From: a virus
Taxonomy: Duplodnaviria > Heunggongvirae > Uroviricota > Caudoviricetes
IMG/VR virus record: IMGVR_UViG_3300029849_000005
Coordinates: 19,937 to 83,936 of that record
Strand: one strand, 5' to 3'
Length of the DNA stretch: 64,000 bases
The translations under genes were made by a program, and so were the position numbers. The notes under the pieces are model-generated. The model made no database searches. It was not told the DNA's origin and worked only from the letters and a program-made list of their open reading frames with translations. Shown here in pieces: positions 29,096 through 38,533 of this stretch. Position 1 is the first letter of the stretch; each line of letters opens with the position of its first letter.

Positions 29096-31107
29096 CAGAA
29101 ATTGACTTTTAAAGTTCTACTAAATGTTCCGTCCACTTTAACAATAACGGAATTACGCATAGTAGATGAGAATCCTAACCCACTCAATTGATGTTCTTGG
29201 TAAGGAGTCTTCATCTTATCAGCTAGAATCTCAAATACCTTACGGTGAGGAGTTAGCTCACTGTTAAGATATTCGTTAAAGAATCCACGAACAGGCTCCG
29301 GATTCTTGCAATCATCCAACATAAAGAAGTAATGTTTATTGCCAATACCCTGCTCATCCCAATAATTGGGAGACAGCATCATCACGTTCACCTTATGGAA
29401 CTTGTTAGTATCAATATTCCATAGGCTTACTGACAAATTGCTAGTACTGGGTATTAGCTCTCTTATTTGGATGTCTTTAGATTTACTGTAAGTAATCTCG
29501 GCAACCATGACATTCTCTTTATGTTTAACGGGTTTGTCATAGACAAATTGTCGGACTTCTCCATTGTGTTCTATTTCCAATGTAAATCCTGTATCAACAG
29601 ATTCTCTACAATGAAAGTTATTAACATACACAACATACTTACCTTCAAGCATCTTGCGTTCGTTAACCCATATAATGTTCTCAACGGGTTTGCGAGTTTT
29701 GCCATATCCGGCATTTTCATCCACGTCTAGCTTACCACCACTTCTGCCAATTCTGTTGGAGTAATAAATTTCAAGATTATTAGGTTCAACGACATGCAAA
29801 TCCAAGTCATCATAGTTAGACCATGCCAACGAACATCTTAAGAAACCTTCAGTCTGACCACCAGCAGCTCTTACTTTCTCTTTAATAGAATCAGCTACCC
29901 CTCCATTATATGTCCAAGCAAAGTTGTTCGGCCATTTAAACAGATTCTTAGCATCCTTGTTAACAGGAGCTGTAAGAGTTACTAAGTTATTGGACAATCT
30001 ACTTTCCATTAACACTTCTATGTTAGTGGCAGTGGGTACCACATTAGCAATGAAATCATCAATGCTAATTTCAGTTAACTTGTCAAACTTCTTAGGATTA
30101 ACTTTAGTGTCTGCGGCCAGTTCTTCGAATATATTTCCAGCCATTACCTTCTTGGCATCACGATTAGCAAATATAACATTGTTGACTGTTATATCCTCTA
30201 AGGCAGCATGTCTACGAGGTAGAGAATCCATAAGACCTAGTTCCTGCACTTTCTTCTGTGCTTCCTCAATCATTCTTTTAGTAACAATTGACTTAGGTCT
30301 TTGATAGTTCTCTGGAGCCATGATACGTTCGTATGCAGTCACACAATCGTCCAGTTCAAGTCCTGATGATATATTTACCAACAATGTACCAATTGCCGTA
30401 TTACGAATGCGTGCACATCCTACACGATTGAAGTTTGCCCAACACCAGTTGTCTTTCTCTTCATCAGGTAATGAATCATAGTGTCTTTTATGACCCAGGA
30501 ATACACTTAAGTCATTTTTAAACTGTTCTCCTCTATATAAAGCATTCTGACCTATTAAGTCCAGAACTATTTCTATAGAATCGATAGTTAATTCCTCCAG
30601 TGCACGTTTGAACACTTCCTTAGTTGTGCGTAAAGTCCCCATTACAGCAGATACGGATTCAGTTCCTGTATACACCAATTGATTTGGCATATGATAGTAA
30701 AGATGATTCCAGGTAATTACTTTAGGACCTTGCAAACTGTCAATATAGGCATTGTTTCTATCAATTCCTAGTTCATAATCACGAGTGATAAAAACATCTA
30801 CAACTGGTTTTGATTTCACTAATGCATCGAGATTTCTAGCTACAGTAGCATAAGGTTCATCCAACTGTAGGTTCTCCCACATGGTTACTACTTTATTGTC
30901 TTTAATGGCGACAACTCTACCATAATGTCTGATATAATGTTTACAATTGTTGCAATTATGAGACTGTCTCTCTTCCTCCGGAAAGGAATTAAGATAACAA
31001 TCCCATAATGCGTCCTTGTCTACATTAGTCAGAAAGAGCATGTCTGCACCAGCGGCTAGTTGATTAAACTGCGCATGGACTGCTCTTTTAAACTTGACAA
31101 ATTCCAT
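29095..31107 (-). CDS. large hypothetical protein (670 aa)
   Basis: Long uninterrupted ORF between paralogs P2 and P1. N-terminal CNNCKHY. No recognisable catalytic motif. Confidence 0.55.
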   Translation of the reverse strand: MEFVKFKRAVHAQFNQLAAGADMLFLTNVDKDALWDCYLNSFPEEERQSHNCNNCKHYIRHYGRVVAIKDNKVVTMWENLQLDEPYATVARNLDALVKSKPVVDVFITRDYELGIDRNNAYIDSLQGPKVITWNHLYYHMPNQLVYTGTESVSAVMGTLRTTKEVFKRALEELTIDSIEIVLDLIGQNALYRGEQFKNDLSVFLGHKRHYDSLPDEEKDNWCWANFNRVGCARIRNTAIGTLLVNISSGLELDDCVTAYERIMAPENYQRPKSIVTKRMIEEAQKKVQELGLMDSLPRRHAALEDITVNNVIFANRDAKKVMAGNIFEELAADTKVNPKKFDKLTEISIDDFIANVVPTATNIEVLMESRLSNNLVTLTAPVNKDAKNLFKWPNNFAWTYNGGVADSIKEKVRAAGGQTEGFLRCSLAWSNYDDLDLHVVEPNNLEIYYSNRIGRSGGKLDVDENAGYGKTRKPVENIIWVNERKMLEGKYVVYVNNFHCRESVDTGFTLEIEHNGEVRQFVYDKPVKHKENVMVAEITYSKSKDIQIRELIPSTSNLSVSLWNIDTNKFHKVNVMMLSPNYWDEQGIGNKHYFFMLDDCKNPEPVRGFFNEYLNSELTPHRKVFEILADKMKTPYQEHQLSGLGFSSTMRNSVIVKVDGTFSRTLKVNF

Positions 31108-31111
31108 AATC

Positions 31112-31978
31112 TTATAAAGGTTTAATATTGTCGAATATATTGTCTTCGGCTTCTACTCCCCATTTAGAGTGAATCATTACCCCTATTGGAGTTACTTGAA
31201 ACACAAATGGGTCATTATTGATAGGAATAATCTTCCTTTCAGGAACTGTAAACTGCATCGTTTCATTCATTTCTTCAATAGGAGCGGCAATGAATAAGTC
31301 AGCACTGCTACATTCTTTTGAATCAGCAATGTTCACGTCATGTGCCTTGGCTTTATTAAGGATATGAAAGAATGGATATGCATTCATTCTAGCCTTATTT
31401 CTACTCAAATACATAAGTCCAATATGGGAAGGTTCCTGCCTAATGAAGTACCTTACAACCGGATAGGACATTCTATCAATAGGCATAGGGTGAGTAGCAA
31501 CTTGCATACCAGTAACATACCGTAAAGGTGAACCGTTTCCGCTATAGTTAACATACTCATTTGCTTCAAGTGCTTGAGCAGTGGCCATTACCTTAGAGAT
31601 TTCATCAATGTTCTCGTCAGGTACAGAACCTTTATAAGCTGATAGTCTTCCAACAACTAATCCATACTTAACATTCAGATTAATGAAATCCTCCTCCTTA
31701 AGTATCAATGAGCCAGGGAAATGTCTTTGCAAAAAGCTATAACATTTTAAGACTTTAAGGTCCTCTTCCGAAGTGATAGCATCACCTACTTCTTTAGAAT
31801 TAGTAAATCCTAAAGCTTTCAGTTTGACAGCCTTATCAACTAGTTGATGATTCGGATTCAGACCCTTAATAGTCTTCATGTACTCTACAGCCATTAGAGT
31901 ATAAGCTAATTGCACTTCTTGGGCTGTGAATCTCTTTGTGCCTACAGACGTATCTGTAGAAGGACTAAAATTGTTCAT
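31112..31978 (-). CDS. paralogous family protein P2 (unknown function)
   Basis: Same conserved blocks as P1 and P3 (…DPFVFQVTPIGVMIHSKWGVEAEDNIF). Confidence 0.55.
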   Translation of the reverse strand: MNNFSPSTDTSVGTKRFTAQEVQLAYTLMAVEYMKTIKGLNPNHQLVDKAVKLKALGFTNSKEVGDAITSEEDLKVLKCYSFLQRHFPGSLILKEEDFINLNVKYGLVVGRLSAYKGSVPDENIDEISKVMATAQALEANEYVNYSGNGSPLRYVTGMQVATHPMPIDRMSYPVVRYFIRQEPSHIGLMYLSRNKARMNAYPFFHILNKAKAHDVNIADSKECSSADLFIAAPIEEMNETMQFTVPERKIIPINNDPFVFQVTPIGVMIHSKWGVEAEDNIFDNIKPL

Positions 31979-32098
31979 AATTACTTTTGTTTAACTGAAC
32001 CTGGTCTGGTAGTAGCTCTCTTAAATGAATCAGATTGCTTATCCCACCAAGCCTGTCGGTCTTTAAGACGTTGTACTTTCTTCTTGTATTTCATAGGT

Positions 32099-32572
32099 TT
32101 ATCCTATTTCGTTACTAGCATTATAAGCAAGCTTGTCGGCTTCCTTATTATGTTCATCACTTGCGTGACCTTTACACCACTCAACAGACACTACTTTATG
32201 CCTGTTCACAGCCTTATCAAGACGTTCCCACAAATCAGTATTGGCTTTCCTCTTCCACCCTTTAGTAAGAGTTCCTACAATATACATAGAATCTGTTACT
32301 ATTGTAATTTCAGAAGGTTCCTTTATGGATTCCAGGGCAACTATGGCAGCCATTTGCTCCATTCGCTGATTGGTGCTGTTCTTATACATCTTACTGTATT
32401 GGAATATCTTCTTGTCATCCTCTAAAATGACAAAGCCTATTCCTCCTTGATTTCTCGCAGGAGAATAGGCACCATCACAGTATATTCTGTACTTATGCGT
32501 CGGCATTAGGATTCTCAACAAAATCCTCATCATCCTCATCTTCTTCGGTTTCGGATATGACATCTTCATCAA
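32099..32572 (-). CDS. rnhA: ribonuclease H
   Basis: RNase HI motifs: YCDGA...GGIG, MAAIVALE, IVTDSMY, WCKGHASDEHNKEADKLA. The true start may be an internal Met. Confidence 0.8.
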   Translation of the reverse strand: MMKMSYPKPKKMRMMRILLRILMPTHKYRIYCDGAYSPARNQGGIGFVILEDDKKIFQYSKMYKNSTNQRMEQMAAIVALESIKEPSEITIVTDSMYIVGTLTKGWKRKANTDLWERLDKAVNRHKVVSVEWCKGHASDEHNKEADKLAYNASNEIG

Positions 32573-33023
32573 TAAGATGCTTAACCCACATACCTAAGAT
32601 AAAGATGACATAGAATTTGTCTTCCTCCTGTTTGTAGTTAACCTTGTCAGAGACTTCATTAACTACATCTAACATTGTGAACTCCTCTTTAGCCATAGCA
32701 TCATCAGCTATAGCAGACATTTCTTCTACATAAGGTCTAGCCTTCTGCATCGCTTCGTCAAAACTCTTTACTAAGGCTATGCCTTCATCACCTCTAATTT
32801 GCATAGCAACAGATAGAGGTCGTTGCAATTCATCTCTAAAGAAGCCCAAATAGAAAGCTTTCTCTACATCTCCGTTTACGAAGTCATTGAAAGATTTAGC
32901 TTTCATTACTTCCTCCACTTTGAAATCAATTTCTGATACGTCTCTGATTTTGTCCATAATGTTATGATAGCAACCCACCAATCTTCTCGGCCATGACTGT
33001 TGCTTTGTTAGAAACTGCTTCAA
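32493..33023 (-). CDS. hypothetical protein with acidic C-terminus
   Basis: 176-aa ORF. Confidence 0.45.
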   Translation of the reverse strand: MKQFLTKQQSWPRRLVGCYHNIMDKIRDVSEIDFKVEEVMKAKSFNDFVNGDVEKAFYLGFFRDELQRPLSVAMQIRGDEGIALVKSFDEAMQKARPYVEEMSAIADDAMAKEEFTMLDVVNEVSDKVNYKQEEDKFYVIFILGMWVKHLIDEDVISETEEDEDDEDFVENPNADA

Positions 33024-33213
33024 GGTTTGCAGCTTCAGTTTGTAATTCGATAATCTCTTGTTCTCTAACCTCTTTCTCTGCTTGAGCTCTAGATGCTACC
33101 TCTTTAAGATTGGTAACAGCTTTCTCAAATACATCAATAATCTTAGCTGATTCCTCGGCTAGTGAGGTACTTGTTACTTTAGCCGGTTCGGCTGATTGTT
33201 TCTTTCCAAACAT
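32962..33213 (-). CDS. small coiled-coil protein
   Basis: 83-aa ORF. Confidence 0.35.
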   Translation of the reverse strand: MFGKKQSAEPAKVTSTSLAEESAKIIDVFEKAVTNLKEVASRAQAEKEVREQEIIELQTEAANLEAVSNKATVMAEKIGGLLS

Positions 33214-33244
33214 CTTATAGGATTAGAATTACAGGGTTCAGGGT

Positions 33245-33327
33245 GAGCGGCTGTCGGGAATCGAACCCAATCTATCACTTGTGCGCATACTAAAATTAGT
33301 GATGTGCCCTCCTTTACACTACAACCG
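33245..33327 (-). tRNA. tRNA-like gene with aberrant anticodon arm (identity undetermined; possibly a pseudo-tRNA)
   Basis: Canonical acceptor (GCGGTTG/CAGCCGC), D arm (GTGT..GCAC) and T arm (TTGGG-TTCGATT-CCCGA). The anticodon stem TCACT/AGTGA encloses an 18-nt loop instead of 7. Confidence 0.35.
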
Positions 33328-33595
33328 CATGGAGCAGTGGTTAGAATACTAATAGTCAAACACTAATAGTCATTCCTAAAGAGGTGTTCTGCAACCACCC
33401 CACAGTCAGCGCTAAACTGCACGTCTTATTACATACGCTCAACTCTGCTTTAGTTGTCATCGCTGGACTTTATTTAACCCAGATTCCAGCCTGGTCTATA
33501 CTCGTTTCCTTTTAAGCTTACCACACTTGGAACATACTAGTAAGTATCTGTTACAATCAGTATAGCTAGTTTTTGCTATTATAGTCCATTCATGC

Positions 33596-34789
33596 CTACA
33601 TGCTAGTTTCTCTAGCCATTTCTTGAATAGTTCTTTCATAATCAATTCGTTTTACTAATGGATATAATTGCCCATAGCCGTGATTAACTGTTATACACCT
33701 AGATGTTATAGACAGACGATAGTGAGCATTGTTAATTTCGTTAGTAAGATACTCCATAGTTACAGGAGTTACTCCGTCACTAAATGTAACAGTTATGCCC
33801 GCTTCTATATCTCCTACACTCTTAGTAAGAGCATCTAAGCTACTTTGAATTTCTGCATATCTAGGATTAGGAATCTGCTCCGTCTCTAAATGCATAAAAT
33901 GCTTAGATGTTTCACCTATATAACCTCCTTTGCTACATGGAATCGGAAGATAAACCCAGTTGTTATCAAACTTAACAGCTTGTTCATAAGCATGAGTTCC
34001 AGGTCTAAAGAGTTGCTGGTACGTATCGACTTTAACTACTTCTCTAGTCCCAGGAAGTCTGCCTTGCTTGCCGTCTAACCACCACCTTATATAGTCACGA
34101 GCATCACGCACATGATATACTGGCAACTCAACTGGAGTACCATTAACCATACACCAATAATGACCTAGCAACCTCGGTCTATAAAAGTCAGAGTCTGTTC
34201 CATTGGAGTCAGGATTAGAATTGGCAAATCCATAACAGTAATCATAATAGTCTGCTGCTTTATGAGGTTTAGCAATCTTACCAAACTTGGGCAAAGCATG
34301 ATTCCTGTTCTCCTTCCACTGCTTAGTACTAATGTTGTATCGACGACCTCTAGGAGTCTGCTCAACAGATTGTACTAATCCATTATCATCAACTCTAAAG
34401 AACGCCTGTCTCCACCTATAATCAGTAAAGTAGTCGTCTAGGTATTCAGTTTTGTCAGTATTCTTAATTGGCTTAATCCACTCATTCCAGGCTTTGGCTA
34501 GCTCTTTATAAGGCTTACCTACATACTTGGCTATGAATTTCACAATCCTAGATTCTTTAACGTATCCATAGCCGTGGTCCCAAGCTATATGACAACTTTT
34601 GTCTAATACCTTTCTACCATATCCTCTCTGCGCTGCCACTTCTTTAGATACTCTCAAATTGAAATCAGCATCAAAATCAGCTAGCGTCACTTTAGTAAGG
34701 TGTCTAGGATAGTAGCTTGGATTACGAGTATGCTTGCTTTTACGTTTATACTCTTTCCTATGACCAAGTTTAAGTCTTCGTTCACTCAT
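33596..34789 (-). CDS. hypothetical protein with basic N-terminus
   Basis: 397 aa. N-terminal K/R-rich stretch. W/Y-rich. Confidence 0.5.
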   Translation of the reverse strand: MSERRLKLGHRKEYKRKSKHTRNPSYYPRHLTKVTLADFDADFNLRVSKEVAAQRGYGRKVLDKSCHIAWDHGYGYVKESRIVKFIAKYVGKPYKELAKAWNEWIKPIKNTDKTEYLDDYFTDYRWRQAFFRVDDNGLVQSVEQTPRGRRYNISTKQWKENRNHALPKFGKIAKPHKAADYYDYCYGFANSNPDSNGTDSDFYRPRLLGHYWCMVNGTPVELPVYHVRDARDYIRWWLDGKQGRLPGTREVVKVDTYQQLFRPGTHAYEQAVKFDNNWVYLPIPCSKGGYIGETSKHFMHLETEQIPNPRYAEIQSSLDALTKSVGDIEAGITVTFSDGVTPVTMEYLTNEINNAHYRLSITSRCITVNHGYGQLYPLVKRIDYERTIQEMARETSM

Positions 34790-34790
34790 G

Positions 34791-35075
34791 TTATAGTATT
34801 TTAGTTACTTTACCAAATACGGATTTGGTCCACCCATTAATCTTACCATGATTGTTGCCTATAAGAACTCCTCTGTCTCCCTTAGCTTTGACTAAGTGAG
34901 TATAGTATCTACCTTTAACTTTGCAGAATACTATATCACCTACCTCTACATCGCTAAGATTTATAGGACTCAAGACATGCTCTTGGCCAGATTTGATTAG
35001 AGGAGTCATAGAGTTTCCCTTCTCTGAGGTTCTGAAGGATTTTCCTTCGGTCAATAGTCTCTCCTTGTAATGCAT
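34791..35075 (-). CDS. S24 (LexA/UmuD-like) peptidase-domain protein
   Basis: GNSMTP...VEVGDIVFCKVKGRYYTHLVKAK matches the Ser-Lys dyad region GxSM...K of the S24 family. 94 aa, no HTH domain. Confidence 0.45.
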   Translation of the reverse strand: MHYKERLLTEGKSFRTSEKGNSMTPLIKSGQEHVLSPINLSDVEVGDIVFCKVKGRYYTHLVKAKGDRGVLIGNNHGKINGWTKSVFGKVTKIL

Positions 35076-35445
35076 CGGCTTTAGACATTAAATATACAAA
35101 GTTTAATCTCTCTTCCATGGTAGAGCCATTACTTATCCTTTCAAACAAGGTTAACTCTTGCCCATTCTTGTAGTTATAGTAAGATATCAACTCATTATAT
35201 CTGACAGTTTTACTATTCAACGAAGCTATAGTCATTGGATATCTTCTTAGCACTACTCCCCTATATAAATCAACAAGTTCACCCAATGAGTTGGCAATCT
35301 TTAATAACCTAACTACATTGGGTGAACCGTGTTTCTTATACCTAATAGCATAATTCTCCAGAGCAGCATCCCAATCATGGAACACGTGTTGAGCTTGAGT
35401 TAAATCAATCTCAACTATTTTACGCAGGAACTCTTCTATAGTCAT
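34954..35445 (-). CDS. hypothetical protein
   Basis: 163-aa ORF. Confidence 0.4.
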   Translation of the reverse strand: MTIEEFLRKIVEIDLTQAQHVFHDWDAALENYAIRYKKHGSPNVVRLLKIANSLGELVDLYRGVVLRRYPMTIASLNSKTVRYNELISYYNYKNGQELTLFERISNGSTMEERLNFVYLMSKADALQGETIDRRKILQNLREGKLYDSSNQIWPRACLESYKS

Positions 35446-35648
35446 ATTAATTAGATATTGTAGGTGATGTTAACTTATCAATTAGATTCTTCATTGCTTC
35501 TTCACCAGCAGCAAAACCTTCAGAATACCCGATTTTATATGCCTTCTCTATAGATACAGCAACAGCTTCCATGACGCTATTGCCCTCATACTGTTTCTTT
35601 AATTCTTCTAATAGTTCTTTCATAAATCCTCCTTCCTTTAATTATTAG

Positions 35649-35734
35649 TAGCTTGAGTGGGATTCGAACCCACACGTCCATTTCTGGACACCAGAGCTTA
35701 AGTCTGGGGCGTCTACCAATTTCGCCATCAAGCC
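35649..35734 (-). tRNA. tRNA-Leu (anticodon TAA), type II
   Basis: Anticodon stem CCAGA/TCTGG with loop CTTAAGC. Long variable arm. T arm GTGGG-TTCGAAT-CCCAC. Confidence 0.7.
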
Positions 35735-35968
35735 ATACCCTTATACTGACATCATGACCTTGATTGTAACTACAATTATCATTCCTATAGTACTTATAGC
35801 AGCTATACTTAAGAATATCTTAACCCATTTAAAGTCACAATCCCATATAGTTAGTAACATAGCTATTAATGCAGCCACAAATGCAATGACTACAGTAATC
35901 ATTAATGCTGTTTCCATATCAATCTCTTACTAAGTCTATCCAATTAATTAGGATATGATACAACCACC

Positions 35969-36364
35969 TCATAATACGTAATCGCAATAAGTGTCAACAA
36001 AATCCTTAGCTTCTTTTAAACTACATTTAGCAGATTTTTTTACATGCTTAACTGCTTGCAGTTTGGAATCAGTCTGTACAAACTGTTTCATCTTAAAGAA
36101 GTCTTCACATGACAAATCAATTGTATTATTCCAACGCTTCCTGTATGCAAGCATTGCATCACTATACTCTTGAGGATGTTCTGTCCAGGTAGTTTGTTGG
36201 TCTAATATAACTGTACAAGTTCCATCAAGTATATCATATTCTCTAGATTCTACGGTGAATTTACCAGCTTCTAACACTACTATATCAGTAGGAAATGGAA
36301 TCATCTCTGATGAAATTGATACTTCCTCTATTGTCTTATCATCTTTTACAAATTTTACAAACAT
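35969..36364 (-). CDS. hypothetical protein with an L7/L12 C-terminal-like motif
   Basis: C-terminal KLQAVKHVKKSAKCSLKEAKDFVD resembles the ribosomal L7/L12 C-terminal-domain motif (…GLKEAKDLVE). Confidence 0.4.
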   Translation of the reverse strand: MFVKFVKDDKTIEEVSISSEMIPFPTDIVVLEAGKFTVESREYDILDGTCTVILDQQTTWTEHPQEYSDAMLAYRKRWNNTIDLSCEDFFKMKQFVQTDSKLQAVKHVKKSAKCSLKEAKDFVDTYCDYVL

Positions 36365-36388
36365 AATCTTTAAGTATTAATTAATAAC

Positions 36389-36463
36389 GTAGCGAGAAGG
36401 TGACTCGAACACCCAACCTTGCGATTATGAGTCACACGCTCTAGCCAGTTGAGCTATCTCGCC
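36389..36463 (-). tRNA. tRNA with CAT anticodon (Met/fMet/Ile2)
   Basis: D arm TAGCTCAACTGGCTAGAGC. Anticodon loop CTCATAA. T arm GGGTG-TTCGAGT-CACCT. G1:U72. Confidence 0.65.
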
Positions 36464-36717
36464 ATTAATAAGAACATAAAGCTCATCGTGTCTACATCGT
36501 TACCAATGCAACCTTAATACCTCCCGTTTGCTTCACTGCCGGCTAGTCTGGCTTTGTCTCCTTATGTTCTTATATATGAATAATCCGCCTGGCAGGGCTG
36601 CGAGCTGCCTTACCAATTATTGACGTCAGCTAATCTATGGAATAGCACGTCTGCTAAACTGAAATAGCCCTATAGTCATTTCTACACCTGCTCACATTTA
36701 AGTGGTGGATTACATGT

Positions 36718-37569
36718 TTATCGGTATTTATCGAACATGCTGTCTGATGCTTCTTCTCCCCACATAGACACGATAACAATACCTACTTTGGTAGCCCTAA
36801 ATACTATTGGGTCTTCTAACCTTCTTTTACGGTCTTCTTCAGCTTTAGAGAAGATTTCTATGCGAATATTATTCTCCATAGTATCATAAGGCGCTGCAAT
36901 TAGCCAAGTGTTATGGTCTAAATATGAGGTGCCAAGATGTAGGTAATCTTCCTCCTTATAACTCCCACCTATAGACCTCATGTACTGATAACCACGGTCA
37001 ATACCTTTGAATACAAATGGGAATCTAGAGAAATACTCAACAAGCCGTTTGGTCATGTCCTTAGACATTCTTGAATCTATTCTCGCAGCTTCAACCCAAC
37101 TGACGTAGTTAAGATTTAAAGAGTTCAAAGCGTTAGAAGCCTTTGCTATTTGTGACACATTCTCACTTGGAATGAATCCGCTGAAGGTCGATATTGGACC
37201 ACAATACAAATTGTACTTCTTCAGGATTGCAAAGAAATCCTCGTAAGTTACAACCAGTGCATCAGGATACGATTCTTTAATCCAGGATGTTATTTCGTTA
37301 ACCTTCTTCAGGTCTAATTTCTCTGGACCTAAAGCTGACTTATACTTCTTAGACTCGAGAATAGTCCTAAGGGTATCTGCATTCTTAGTTCCACCTAAAC
37401 CTGCTGCTTCCAACTTATCAAGCTCCTCTTTGATTTGCTCGGAATTGTCAAAGTCTTGATTGCCTTCTACGTACTTCTTATAGTACTCCATAGATGCTGT
37501 TACTAAGGCTAAACGTAACGCATCTGCACTCAATTTCTCCATACTATGATAAATGTTCTTTAATATCAA
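36718..37569 (-). CDS. paralogous family protein P3 (unknown function)
   Basis: Shares the conserved blocks with P1/P2 (…DPIVFRATKVGIVIVSMWGEEASDSMF). Confidence 0.55.
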   Translation of the reverse strand: MILKNIYHSMEKLSADALRLALVTASMEYYKKYVEGNQDFDNSEQIKEELDKLEAAGLGGTKNADTLRTILESKKYKSALGPEKLDLKKVNEITSWIKESYPDALVVTYEDFFAILKKYNLYCGPISTFSGFIPSENVSQIAKASNALNSLNLNYVSWVEAARIDSRMSKDMTKRLVEYFSRFPFVFKGIDRGYQYMRSIGGSYKEEDYLHLGTSYLDHNTWLIAAPYDTMENNIRIEIFSKAEEDRKRRLEDPIVFRATKVGIVIVSMWGEEASDSMFDKYR

Positions 37570-38002
37570 TCATGTATTTTATACCTTCAATTATCACACA
37601 TGCTAGCCCGCCAACGAGCATAATGAAGTATAATGCAACAATTAGTGGTTCCCAACCAGTCCCATAATCACTTCTATTAAGATTAAAGCTAAGCCTATTA
37701 GGCTTGTTATTAATAAAAGCTCTATCATAGGTTGGTTTGTCTACACGTAGTTTAAACTGATTGTCTCTACCGTCAGCTATTAGTGTAAGCTCATATACAG
37801 TATGCGTCTGTTGATTAACTGTTTCGGTATAACAGTCCTTAGCAACTACTGTAGTCCACACAGGTTTGTCAATACAGGTTTCTTTAACTAAGTTAGATTT
37901 ACATCCTCCTAGTCCTACTAAGCACACCACCAGCCATATTACTATCAAAGTTGCATGTCTGAAAGTGTTAGCTGGTGGTCTCATATCAACAATTGTCGGC
38001 AT
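37544..38002 (-). CDS. membrane protein
   Basis: 152 aa. N-terminal TM (LIVIWLVVCLVGLGG) and C-terminal TM. Confidence 0.4.
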   Translation of the reverse strand: MPTIVDMRPPANTFRHATLIVIWLVVCLVGLGGCKSNLVKETCIDKPVWTTVVAKDCYTETVNQQTHTVYELTLIADGRDNQFKLRVDKPTYDRAFINNKPNRLSFNLNRSDYGTGWEPLIVALYFIMLVGGLACVIIEGIKYMIDIKEHLS

Positions 38003-38181
38003 CTTCTGTCAATAATTTAGTTGCCTTATCCATTCCTAACTCGTAAGCTTCAGCAATTAATACTGCCGCACTTGCTATAGAAAGCTTACCACCGTTGTCC
38101 TCTGCTACGTTAGCTGCATTTTCAAGCAGCTCACTTAAAGTTTCTACCATAATTAAATACATTTAATAGTTAATAATCTAG

Positions 38182-38263
38182 TAGGGTAGGTGAGACTCGA
38201 ACTCACACGAGCTTAGCTCATTGGTTCCTAGGACCAACGCGGCTACCGTTACGCCACTACCCC
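38182..38263 (-). tRNA. tRNA-Leu (anticodon TAG), type II
   Basis: Anticodon stem TTGGT/ACCAA with loop CCTAGGA (C at position 33, atypical). Long variable arm GAGC-TAA-GCTC. T arm GTGAG-TTCGAGT-CTCAC. Confidence 0.55.
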
Positions 38264-38267
38264 ATTG

Positions 38268-38486
38268 TTACTTCATCAAATTGATAAATTCATCTTCATG
38301 TCCTCTATAGTATCGCTGAAGATATGCAATATACACGGCTTCGTCCTTAACTATTTGAGGGAATTTGGATTCAAATTGTTCTACTTTCTCTTCTCCTACT
38401 ATACTTACATGAAAGTCTCTAGGTGTGTTATCCACCTTAGTTGCAGACATTAATAAGACTAATAGGAATATCAATAAATGTTTCAT
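38268..38486 (-). CDS. small secreted protein
   Basis: 72 aa with an N-terminal signal-like segment MKHLLIFLLVLLMSATKV. Confidence 0.4.
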   Translation of the reverse strand: MKHLLIFLLVLLMSATKVDNTPRDFHVSIVGEEKVEQFESKFPQIVKDEAVYIAYLQRYYRGHEDEFINLMK

Positions 38487-38493
38487 TTAGTTG

Positions 38494-38528
38494 TTAATAA
38501 AAGGAGAGCGAGATTGCTCTCGCCCTCC
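38494..38528 (-). terminator. Rho-independent terminator after the AAA+ ATPase gene
   Basis: On the minus strand GGAGGGCGAGA-GCAA-TCTCGCTCTCC (11-bp stem, one mismatch) is followed by TTTTATT. Confidence 0.55.
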
Positions 38529-38533
38529 AAGGT

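Noticed and set aside
33245-33327. Group I intron in the aberrant tRNA
   Set aside because: The insertion is only ~11 nt. Bacterial or phage tRNA introns are self-splicing elements of more than 200 nt.
33174-33359. 61-aa minus-strand ORF
   Set aside because: It overlaps the tRNA-like gene at 33245..33327 almost completely and has no motif support.
35741-35918. Apparent 58-aa two-TM membrane ORF between tRNA-Leu(TAA) and the 35969 gene
   Set aside because: A careful reverse-complement shows an extra T (…GCATTTTGTGG…). This shifts the frame to a TGA stop after 28 codons, so it is not a credible gene.
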